Shown one piece after another: positions 37,241 to 49,000 of a stretch of 64,000 bases of DNA. A program made the translations under genes and the position numbers. The stretch's first letter is position 1; the number at the start of each line of letters is the position of its first letter. Below the pieces are notes generated by a model. That model saw nothing but the letters and a program-made list of their open reading frames with translations, had not been told where the DNA came from and searched no databases. The stretch is from Mobula hypostoma (taxonomy: Eukaryota): positions 90,460,001 to 90,524,000 of the forward strand of contig NC_086097.1 of NCBI RefSeq assembly GCF_963921235.1, read 5' to 3'.

Positions 37241-39769
37241 TTGGGAGAAACTGAACAACCTAATTAAATGAATCCCTTTTACCTGCATGTCCCTCCATTC
37301 TCTGTTCAAGAGCCTTTCAAATGCTTTGATCGTATCTGCCCCATCATCGCCCATGGCAGTGCTTTCCGACCGCCTACTGCTGTCCATACGTCCTCACCTT
37401 CGGTTTCCTCCCACAGTCCACAGACATTCCGGTTGGTAGGTTAATTAGTCATTGTAAATTGTCCTGTGGTTAAGCTAGGGTTAAATTGGGGGATTGCTGG
37501 GTTGTGCGTGTGTCTTGAGGGGCTGGAAGAGGCCTACTCTGTGCTTGTATCTCAATAAATAAGTAAACTCTGTGTAAAACACTTATTCCACACAGTCAAA
37601 CTTTCTCCTCTCACCTTAAATGTGCGTTCTTTTGTATTAGATATTTCAACCCTGGGAAGATGATACCATCACTCTACCCCTTATAGACTTCATTCAGGCC
37701 TCCCCTCAGCCTCTTGTTGCTCCAGAGGAAACATCTCTAGTTTGTCCACCCTCTCCTTATAGCATGTCCCCTCTAAGCTTGGCAGCATCCTGGTAAACCT
37801 CTTCAGCACTCCTTTTAAACCTCCGCATCCTCCCTGTGATGGGGTGACTAGAATCGAGGGCAATACTCTAGATGGAGCCTAACCATGGTTTTATAAAGCT
37901 GCAACAAACACTCCCTCTGCATTTGAGCCTCCAGGGTAGTCACCTCCTCTAACTGAGGCTGCAGTGCCTTTGCAAAGCCACAGCCAGTATTCAGGTCCTG
38001 ATTCAGGGTTTACAGCTGAAATGTTGAGAATCCTTTTCCCGCCATAGATGCTGCTCAACCTGCCCAGTTCCTTCAGCAGGCTGCTTGCTTGTTGTTGCAT
38101 CTTATTTTTCACCAGCCTCGATCTGCTGCCAGTTCATCTCCTCGTCACCATTGTAGACACACACACACCCTGGGTCATACTCAAGCTTCATAAACAAATC
38201 CATTTCAGATTCCACCTGGGTACTGAAGTACCTTTACTTCATCCTGAATTCTCTTCCCTCCCCCATCACCACTTTTAGCTTTTCACTAGTCCTCTTGTTT
38301 AACTTTCTGTATCTCTCTCTCAGGACAGACAGTTCAGTTTGAATCCTCAATAATGCTCAGAGCTATTTTGCCAAGCTTACCGTTGCTCTGCTCAGAGAGT
38401 TTAATCAATGCACTTCTTAAACGTCATTTCATATCAAGAGCTTGTGGGATCTGACTGCCAGCAGACGTAGTTTCCAACATCAATCAATGCTGTCCCAGTG
38501 GATCAGCCTCATTGCTTTGGATGTATTGTGTGCTTGCTGTGCAGATACAAAATGATCTTTGCAGCTAATGTCAAGGGAGTGACCTGCCATGGCTTTTAGC
38601 CAAACCTAATTAAGATAGCGACAGACCATTAAGTAACAATCCCACCTACAGGATTTGTAGTCGAGGCTTCTTCCACTGTGAGAACTTCTGGCGAATGCTC
38701 AATAACCTCAGTTGTGAGGTAACAATTCTCAATCCCCAATCCATGGGGTGAGATACAGAGAACAGTCTGAAGAAGTAGTTTCCTTCCCCAACCCTATGTT
38801 GTACTGATAATGGCAGTTGCACCAGTTGACTGCATTCTAGGCTCATACTGCTGTTGCAGTTCACTGGCTCGTACTGCTAGTACTAACAGTTCACCACCTC
38901 CCATGACTCCAGGTCCAAGTCCTACTGCAGAAACCTATGCACGAGGATCTAGGATAATACTCCAGTGCAGAAAATAGGGATGGTTTTCTATAGAAAATGG
39001 GCCCTTTAATCCCAATTTAATCATGCCAACCATGATACCTATTTAAGTAAATCTCATTTACCCACATTGGGCCCAGATCCCTCTTTGCCTTTTCTGTCTA
39101 AGCATGTGCTCAAATACCTTTTAAACATCATAATCGCATGTGTCTCCACCACCTCTTACAGCAGCATGTTCCGAATAAGCTGCACCCCTGGTGTGAAACA
39201 ATTTACCCTTCTGATCTCCTTTAGATTTCTCCCCTCTCACTATAATTCTAGTCACCCCGACATAGAAAAAAAAGGCTCCATGCCCCTGAAAATGTTATAA
39301 ACCTCTCAAAATCACCTGTCAGTCTTTGACTTTCAATGAGAATAAACCCAGCCTACTATTCACTCGTTCTAACTGCTGCTCTCCTTTCTAGGCAACACCC
39401 GAGTGAATCTCTTGTTTACTGTCTCCATTGCTGCCATATCTTTCGTGTAGTGAGGTGACCAGAACTACACTACACAGTATTACAAATGCAGTCCAACCAA
39501 TGCAACATGATCACCCAATTCTGCTACTCAATGCCCTGGCCTATGAAGCAAATATCCTAAATGCTTTCTTCTTTACCCCATCCACCCATGTTGTCTCTTT
39601 CAAGTGAGCTATAGAATTGCACCACAAGGTTCCTCTACAATTCTAGGGTCGCTGCTGTTTATTCTGTGTGACCTACCAGAATTTGACCTCCCCGTGTGCA
39701 TTACCTTGGCCTTGTCTGGGTTGAATTCCACCTGCCAGTGCTCTGGCCACCTTTCCAGAAAGAGTGTGT

Positions 39770-40045
39770 GGGAACAGAGGCTTCAGTAAATGGGAAGGGA
39801 GCATGAAAAACGGGTGCTTGGTGATTGGGCAGGGAGTATGAGTAATGGGATCCCAGTGAGTTGGAAGGGAGTGTGGAAACTTTGGCCTGGTGGGCGGGAA
39901 GGGAGCGTGAGAATCGTGACCCGAGTGAGTGGGCTGTGAACTGGGGTCTCAGTGACTAATCAGGGTGTAGGCCCTGGTGATCGGGAAGGCAGCACAGTAA
40001 ATAGACTGGGAGCACTGAAACAGGGACTCAGCGAGTGGAAGGATC
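39770..40045. repeat. Degenerate G-rich minisatellite (~35-bp unit)
   Basis: Recurrent GG(G)AAGGGAG(C/T)...GTGA motifs at about 35-bp spacing. Confidence 0.5.
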
Positions 40046-40989
40046 CCAGTCTGTGGAAACATCGTGGCAAAACACCAACTGGTGAGCCAGATACTGCAGC
40101 CATGGGATTTCAGACAGTGGACTGATTATCAGAGTTTTTACTGCATATTGAAAACTAATCCACATTGCATCCAGCCAGATGACTGGTTGCTTTAGAGTTG
40201 ATACAACTGCATGAAACATGGTTCTGATGGCCCTCTCTTCATCACATGCCTTTATTTTGACTCCATGAAAAGACCCAGGTTCATTCGCTGAAAATCATAA
40301 ATGTTGGGAGTCTGAAAAAGAAGCATAAGGACACTCAGCTGGTCAGGTAGTATCTGTGGAGAGAGAAACAGAACTTGTGTTTTTCATGACTTTTTGTCAG
40401 AACTAGGAAGATGAGAAAACTACATATTTTAAGAAATCTATCTTAGAAGAATTGTTTTTGTTTCCCAATTCTTACAAAGGATCTTGAACCTGCAACATTA
40501 AACTTATTTCCCATTCCACTGAAGATATCTGACCTGCTGAGAATTACCAGTATTTTCTATTTTTATTCCAAAGTTCATCTGCCCTACTTGTTTTGCTGCA
40601 GGAATATTGCGAGTTGACTTAACACATCAAGATCAGAAGAGAACCGTTAGCCCGTTGAACAGTGCAGTAAGCGGCTCCTTAATATTTTATAACTGGCCTT
40701 TACAAGTGGTTACTAAGGTATGTTGTACAGCACATTCATTTTTCAATTAGTTGGAAGTTTATTCTTACATTATTAAAATGCTTTAATCAAATTACTTCAC
40801 AGTGTGTAGACCTTTTGTTCCATCTTCCCTCCCCTGAAATATTTATTCAAGGAATAAACCTTGAGCGCACCACAATACATGATACTGTAGCTCATGTAGG
40901 GATTGCCTGTCTGCTGTTGTTCTAAGGAGGGCAGCAGCTCTCCCTGGTCATTTATATGTCAGGGAGCAGGTTGGCCTCTCTGTGGAAAT

Positions 40990-41350
40990 GAGGAATGCCC
41001 TTAGCCACAGAATCCTTGCTGTTTTGTCAAAAGATTGTGCTTCAAACCTCACAGCAGGTTTTTAAACACACATTGTAGGCTAACACTCCTAATGAGGTAG
41101 TGCTGCACTGTTAGAGGTGTGGGTAGTTAAGTTATGTCCTTTGGAAGGGGATAAGTTCCACAGCAGTAGTTGGAAAAGAAAGAGGAGAGTTCTCCTGGTG
41201 CTCTATCCTGTACATATCCTTCAACCAAAACGCAAATGCAGACAATCTCCTTGCTATTTGCAGATGCATCTCCTCAGGAGGGACTTTATTGGCTGTAAGG
41301 GTCTTTGAGATGTTCTGAGGCCAGGGGAGGTGCTTTAATGTTGCAGATCC
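40990..41350 (+). mobile_element. Old Deu-domain-type SINE
   Basis: 'gtgctgcactgttagaggtg', 'gagttctcctggtg' and 'attggctgtaagggtctttgagatgttctgagg' match the recalled DeuSINE consensus. Confidence 0.6.
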
Positions 41351-43949
41351 TAATTACTTCCTGTTGAATGATATAAAATGTCGTCTTTGCAGTCCAAATA
41401 AGAACTTTCAGTTAGGTAAAGCAGAAAAAAGCTACCATGGAGAGCATTCTAACTGGCTGTATCACCACCTAGTATTGGGGGGGGGGTGGGGAAGGTTACT
41501 GCACAGGATCAAAGTAAGTTGCAGAGAGTTGTGAACTTAGCTCTATCATCACCAGCCTCCGCAATAGCTAGGACATCTTCCAGCAGCATTGCCCATCATT
41601 AAGGACTTCCATCGCCCAGGACATGCCCTCTTCTCATTGCTATACCATCAGGAAGAAGGGACAGCAGCGTGAAGGCATACACCCAACCACGACCTTGAGC
41701 ATAACTTGTCCCGATCAGGAGACAAGAGACGGAGCGCAGGGCCGTGATCGACTCCGCTTCGCACCAACTGAAGCGTTGAGGGAGATTGAAACATAGAGGC
41801 GAATGCGGAGGAGACCGGGTCGGCGGTCGCTCTTTACAGGTAGGGCCAGAGGTCGAAAGGTCATGAGGTCACTCTTCACGGATCGGGCCGGAGGTCGAGA
41901 GGAAGGACTGAGTTCGAGTTGTCACTCTCCGCTGACGGAGGATGTTTTCGAAATTCCAAGACGTATGATTATTGGTGCAGACTGTAGTTTATTTTGGTCT
42001 CCTTCAGTTTTTCTGTGTTTTCTTTCTTGTTGCCGATTGGGTGATAAATTACTGTTTTTGGGCCAGGGAGTGTTTGGGGATTTGAGGTCTGATGTACTTG
42101 TTGGTGATTTCCGTGTGAGCGACCTATTAGGTTGGAGTTTGATTTTATTGTCGCTGCTTTTTTTAGTGGGAGGGGCTTGGGGGGGTTAGGGTTTGATGTT
42201 TTAGCTGCCGTGTTCGGTTGAGTGATCTGTTAGCTTTGTGCGGTTGGTGGGCGGGGGGGAGTTGTGTTGGGGTTTGCAAGTTTTGTTTCTTTTTCTTTTT
42301 CATGCGGGGAGGTGAAATGGTGTCTTTTCTTTCAAAGACTTTAATAGTTTTTCTGTATTTCATGGCTATTCGGAGAAGATAAATCTCAGAGTTGTATTCT
42401 GTGTACATACTTTGATAATAAAATGAACCTTTGAACCTTTTTGAAGGATTCAGGAACAGATTCTTCCCTCTGCCGTTCGATTTCTGAATAGACATTGAAC
42501 CCATGAACACTACCTCACTACTTTTTTATTTCTTTTCTTTGCATTACTTAATTTAATTCAATGATTTAACATATATGCACTTACTGTTACTCTCAGTTTT
42601 TTTCTCTATTATCATTGTACTGCTGCCACAAAGTTAACAATCTTCGCTGCATATGCTGGTGATATTTAGCCTGGCTCTGTTTCTGAGGTCTTCAGCAGGC
42701 CAGGCAATGCCTGTGGTGGGAGAAACGGAAACAATCAGTGCTCTTTCATTAGAATGGGAAATGATAAGGTGCAGTGTGGAGCTGGGGATGTGATCAAAGC
42801 ACATAAGAGACGGTCTCTTTAATATTGTGGATACCATTGTCAATGACCTTACCATCCCCAAGATATTTATGAGAGCGGTTTGTAATAAACCACATTGATG
42901 GTTTTGAGGTCATGTCCTCCACACTGGGAGAACAGAGCAAACTTGCTCTTCTGAACAGAACCAGATGAGTTTTTATGCAGTGCAGCAGTTTGATAGTCAC
43001 CAGAGTCAATGGACCAACACTCTGGATCCATTTACAATGAATCGCACAAATCAGGAGAAGTTAGATGATGAAAGGCAGGGAGTGGAGGTAAAGTGTTTGG
43101 TGAAAATCAAAGGATTGGTCCAGAAGAGGGGTAAATAGGAAGAACTGAATGGTTACTTGATATCGCCAGAAGAAAATGCTGGAATTGTGGTATCAAGACA
43201 AGAATGGTGGATTGTCCAATGTTCTGGAATTGAGTGAGAATCCAGAGGTTGTAACATGCCCAGTTAGGTCAGGTACATGTAGATGCAATCAAGAGGAAGG
43301 CTCACAAATGCCTTTCATTTCTTAGGAACCTAGAGAGATTCAGCTTCTACAGTCCGACAAACTTCTACAGATAGACTGTTGAAAGTGATCCAACAGGTTG
43401 TATCTGGTAATGAAATTCGGATGTGTATCTCAGTGAAGAAACACTATCACCAATTTGATCACTTTGCAAAAATTAGACTTTCTTACTTCTAATTATGTGC
43501 TCTCTTGTAAAAAATGCATTTAATTTATCTTGTGAGTGCTGCTTATCTGAAGCTCTGTGGCTGTGATATTGCTGCAGATAAGATTTTCATTGCTCCTGTG
43601 CATACATGTATTTTTGCATATGACAAAAAAAATCAATTTTGGATTTGACTTTGTTCCTTGAGCATATGTTGTTCATCTGGCTCTGAGGAAAAGTCAGCAT
43701 CCTGAAATACTTAACTGTTTATCTTTGCACAGATGCTACCTGACCTGCTGAGTGTTTCCAGCATTCCCGGTTTTTATGCCATGGAGTCAAGCCGGAACAG
43801 CTTAGAGGAATGGTCAGAATGAGAGTGGGATGGATTAGGAAGTGACTGGAAGACTACAGTCCCACTTGTGGATTCAGTGGAGGATTTGCACAAAGTGGTC
43901 ACCCAATCTGCATTTGGGATTTTCAGTGTGGAAGAGGACATGCTTTTAT

Positions 43950-44218
43950 TTACTTTTTGATTTATTGAGATACAGCGTGGAATAGGCCCTTACAGCGTTT
44001 TGAGCTGTGCCTCCCAGTAATCCCCCAATTTAACCTTAGCCTAATCATGGGACAATTTACAATGACCAATTAACTTACTAACTGGCATTCCTTTACTAGA
44101 GTACCCTGAGGAAGCCCATGTGGTCACGGGGAGAACGCACAAACTCCTTACAAACACTGGCGGGTATTGAACCCGGGTCACTGGTACTGTAAAGCGTTGT
44201 GATGTGTCACTCTGCGTC
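43950..44218 (-). mobile_element. HE1/V-type tRNA-derived SINE; related copies at ~37395-37560(+), 53890-54120(-), 56670-56955(-), older ones at ~12400-12630, 23880-24160, 35440-35730, 45060-45240, 47760-48090, 51100-51400
   Basis: Shared 'tttattgagatacagc...ggacaatttacaatgaccaattaac...ggggagaac...attgaaccc' (B-box on the minus strand). Confidence 0.75.
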
Positions 44219-44308
44219 ACCCTAGCAAATGCGGCATATTGAACTGAAAGTCAAAATTCTCTGCTTTACCTGATGCTTGGATCTCTGGATGGAAGGAAGG
44301 GGAGGGTA

Positions 44309-44311
<3 letters not shown>

Positions 44312-44348
<37 letters not shown>
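44312..44348. repeat. (TG)n microsatellite
   Basis: Direct observation. Confidence 0.95.
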
Positions 44349-44350
<2 letters not shown>

Positions 44351-45259
44351 TTGTGGACGTGGGGAGAGAAATAAGTAAGGCAGGTGTTGCATTTCCTGTG
44401 GTCACATGAAAAGGTACTGGAGAAAGGGAGTGTGTGTGGTTGGAGATGGCCAAGAGGATCAGAAATTTGAGGAAGAAGTGGCTACTTCTATATGAAAAGA
44501 GGAAGGGATAGGAAGATACATTTGTGGCCTCTCAGAGAAGTTGTACTCAAATGCCTTGTTATCTGTCTATATTTATGCTTAGAAGATTCAATCCATTCTT
44601 AAATGAGGGAAGTGTTTAAATGAGCTAAAGGTACCTGAGGCCTAGATATCAAACGTGATCCTGTTAAAATCCATCGTCGGCTTGTCTCCTAGCAACAGAT
44701 GCTCCTCTGCCGAGACCAGAAGGTTCCTGCTGGAAGCAGGTTGCCTTTGTCAGACAAAAGTTGAGTCATTAATTTGAGCCTTGAATAAATTTTTACATAA
44801 TATGCCTTGAGTCAGCTCCCGCTAAAAGGTAATCAGGCATACAGGCCATTTTAAAATCAATTAGCTGACTAAAGCCACTAATTATTGAGCTATTTCCTCC
44901 TCTCCAATGAATCTTTATACCTATATGATTGCTCAACTGTTTTGGGAATATTAGAGAATATTGTATTCTGACCTTTATCCTTTCTGCTGATTTTATGTAT
45001 CTTTTACCTTCTACATTTGTATTTCTAGTGGCTCTTCATCCTAGTTTTTTTTTTATGGTGCCTGTTTAATCTACCAACCCGCATGTCTTTACAATGGGGG
45101 AGGAAACTAGTGTGTCTGGAATACGCCGTGCAGCCACTGGGAGAATGTGCAAACTCCACACAGACAATGCCCAAGGTTAGAATCGAATGCAGACTGGTGA
45201 TACAGCAACTCTAACAAGTTACACTTTTGTGCCACCATGGGCAACGCCCTGGAATGAAA

Positions 45260-46040
45260 GATTAATGGAACAGCTCTGCCCATGAATGCAAGAAACTGCG
45301 GAGAGTTTTCACAGCTCAGCACATCATGGAAAGAAACAGCCTTCCCTCCTTGGGCTCTCTCTGTACTTTTCGATGTCTCCGTAGAGCAGCCAAAAAATTC
45401 AAAGAGCCCACCCACCAGGATGTTCTTTCTTCTCCATTCTTCCATTGGGCAGAAGATACAAAAACTGGAAAATGCATTTCTGTAGGCTCGAGGACGGCTT
45501 CTGCCCTGCTGTTCTAAGACTTTTGAATGGTTCCCTGGTACAATGAGATGGACTCTGGACCTCACAATTTATCTTATCATGATCTTGTAACTTATTGTTA
45601 CCCTGCACCACGCTTTCTCTGTAGTTGTTACACTTTATTCTGCATTCAGTTATTGCCTTACCTTGTTCTACCTCAGTGCACTGTGTAATGAATTGATCAG
45701 TATGAACAGAATCAGAATCAGGTTTAATATCACTGGTATATGTTGTGAAATTTGTTGTTTTGCGATAGTAGTGCAGCGCAATACATAATAAAAATGACAA
45801 ATTACAACAAAAAGCATGTAGAAAAAAGAAAATTAATTTAAATAAGTAGTGCAACAAGAGAGGGAAAAATACTAAGGTAGTGTTCATGGGTTCATTGTCC
45901 GTTCAGAAATATAATAGCAGAGGGGAAGAAATAGTTACAGAATCATTGTGTGCGTGTCTTTGCACTCCTGTACCACTTCCTTGGTGGCAGCAATGAGAGG
46001 AGGGCATATCCTTGGTGACGGGGGTCCTTAATAATGGAAG
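45260..46040. mobile_element. Two Rex/Babar-type 3' fragments, tail to tail (+ 45260-45705, - 45708-46040)
   Basis: Each matches other Rex-type 3' UTR copies in the window. The (cagaat)n tail lies at 45707-45720. Confidence 0.7.
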
Positions 46041-49000
46041 GCAGTAGCAAGGCAAGCTATCCAATATACCTTGATATAATCTAATTACAATTCCAATGAG
46101 AGCAACATACGGAGATAAATAAGTAGTGATGCCAGAAAATTCAACCATTTTTTTTCTTGCAAGCCTGTGTTTTTTGTTGATAAAGATTGGAGCGATGGAA
46201 GGGATTGAAGGATTTGAGTGACATTTGAGTTTTGCCTTGTCAGTTATGGTAGAAGGTGAAGCCTCAGCTGAATGACCATTGGCGAACTGGGAGGTCATGT
46301 GATGAAACTTGCAGGGAGATGTCCAATCAGAATCGGAAACATCGGGCAAGATGGTGGTTTCGGGAACCACAAGAGTGAATCCTGCAGTGGAACACCTGAT
46401 CTCTGAATAGTTTGTTCTCCTATGCATAGGTCAAAGGTAAGGATAATGTGTTATTTCCCTCTCCTTCAATTCACAGTTTGTGCCTGGCTTGCTTGGGCAC
46501 GACCTCGCTCTTTATACAGCCAGTGTTGTGTAGTGGATCTTAGGATGGAGGATACTCAGGAGAGTGTGGTCGTTTTGTTGTGGAGGAGCTTTTTCAAGTG
46601 TGTCACTACTTGTTTGAATTCGGGGGTTTTATTATTTGTTTTGATGTATTTGGTCTGAGATTTCACTGGCAAGAAGTGCTGTCTACTATTATCCAGCTGC
46701 CTTGAAGTACTTACAGGACAATTGTACTGGAGGATTTGGAGTTATGTGATGATCAGGTAAATATGGCAGATTGCTTTCCTTGAAGAACTTCAGTAGAGCA
46801 AGTGGGGATAATTCTTAGCTATTTGTGGTAGGGAATAGGTCTAAGAGTATGTCCATATGCTGGGTGGTCTCTAAGACCTCTACATCTACTGATATTAGAG
46901 ATATTAATCTTGGACTAAAGTGTAATTTGAAAGTGTTCCTTCAATTCCATAATGGGAATACCAGTCTAGGTGATAAATCAGCTCTTTGGAATGATATTTA
47001 TGGTGTTTGGCCTTGGAAGTGAGTGTCAGTAACTGGGCTAGGACTGATAGAAATTGAGAATGTTCGATCTATCAATGTTATTTTTAATCACAGAAGGCAA
47101 GCCCACGGTCTCCATTTCCATCAATGTTTCAAAGAGGCAACATAAGACATGAAAACTTTAACTTTGTTAGCGTTTCCTACAAGAATAACAGATAATTCTT
47201 AAAAAATTCTGCAGCAACTTTTACTTCTTACTGCTTGATACTCTATGGTATCTCTGTGTGAGCTTTCCTGTTTAATGTCTATTTGTGCAGAATATGTGTG
47301 ATTTCGTGTGGTGAAGATGATCAGCACTAGGAAGTTAGGCTGAATTGGCCAATGATACAAGCTTGCATTTATACAACATCTATGTAACAAAACACAGATG
47401 CACACAACGAGATAAGGGGGAAAAGTGTCTAAAAGCCTTGCTGTAGAGCCAGATTATAAAGAGCATTAGAGAGTAACAGGATGGTTAGGGAGGGAATTCT
47501 GGAGTTTGATGGAGCCAACGAAACCTCAGAGTGTGCAGGAAGCCAAGGTGAAGCTATGCAACTAGATACTTCCCATGTATCCAGCCAACAAGTTGAGGTG
47601 TTTTTTTTGTCTTATTAAACTGGATTGGAATTAATTGCTGATGCCAAAGGTCACTGGTCACCATCCTATCTTCACTGCCACTTCCTAAGTACGCTCTTCA
47701 ATTACCTGGAGCCATTCTGATTCAGAAACAGTGAAGAGGACACAAAGGCCTGCTAACAGATCTGCTGCCTTACAGCTCCAGTGACACAGGTTCAAATCTA
47801 GCCTTGGATGCTCTCTTTGTGGAGTTTTCACATTCCCCCTGTGGCCAATTTTTCCAGGGTGCTTTAGTTTCTTCCCACATCCCAAAGACGTGCAAGTTTG
47901 TCCATTAATTGTCCATAATTGTGTTCCTACTGCGTAGGTAAATTGTGCCCACTGTGTAGTTGAAGGGTATATTTAGGGTGGGAAGGGGGAGTTGATGAGA
48001 ATAATATGGACTCAATGTAGGCAGGTGATAAATGGTTGACACCAACTCAGTGGGCCAAAGAATCTCTTTCTGTGCTGGATGACTCTGTTAAGTTTGTAGG
48101 TTACTGAAATAATTGCTACAGTTCACTTCAGAGGGATTTGCTATTTCTTTTTGTCTCCAACCTCTCCAGCATTCCCTGTTCTAATTTTAAGAATTGCAGA
48201 AATCTACTGATTTAATGTTCGTGCCCTCTTCTAACTTCATCATCATCTCACAACGCCCACCACCGACCCTCTAAAGTACACCACCTCCCCTGTCTGAGGG
48301 CTCGGGCCATGAAGAGAAGCAGAGGACTGGATGATGCATTGCAGAACACTGCCCGCACTCAAGCACACACTCTCATTCGCAGTCACTTAATATATAAACA
48401 GCAGGCAGCCGCTAAGTGCACTCTGGAATGAAACTGTAGAGAAGCCTGAATTGTAGATAAAGCTTGAGTTACTCAATAACCGAAACAGATCCCATTGCTG
48501 AGCCAGGAAACTGCCCTTGTAATTTGAATTAAAGACAGTTGTTTTAATTGACAATTGACCTGAGATAATCAGTATTATAAATTTGGAGGACAAACACCAT
48601 TATTGACTATGGTCCTGGATAACCATTCCATCCATAATGGATTTTGCAGCATTAGAAAGGAAATCTATCTAAATATTGTTAAATATTTAATTTGTTTTAC
48701 TGACTGTTGTCTTTATAAAACTGAAGCATTCTTATCATTGGGAATGGAATAACGCTGTACTTTATTTTATTTACTGCAACTTCTGAGCAGGTAAGCAACC
48801 TCACTGCTCAGGGCTTTGCTGCAAGTCTAAGAGTGCTTACTAAAATAGGGTTAACACGAAGCTATAGATTTTTTTTGTAATTCATTTATTGCCCATCCCT
48901 AGTTATCCTTGAGAAGGTGATGATGAGTTGCCAACTTACACTGCTGCACTTTGGGGTAAAACTTCTCCCACAGTGCTGCTGCGGAGGGAGTGTCATTATT

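Larger units (their letters stand above)
42685..44560 (-). mobile_element. Highly decayed Penelope-like element with later insertions
   Basis: Terminal-repeat-like 'cagcaggccaggcaatgcctgtgg' and GIY-YIG-region similarity at 43800-43940 to the reverse complement of 27030-27170. Confidence 0.5.

Noticed and set aside
41700..41960. CpG-rich patch as a CpG-island promoter
   Set aside because: It is the head of an element inserted into a Rex-type fragment (41410-41690 resumes at about 42445).
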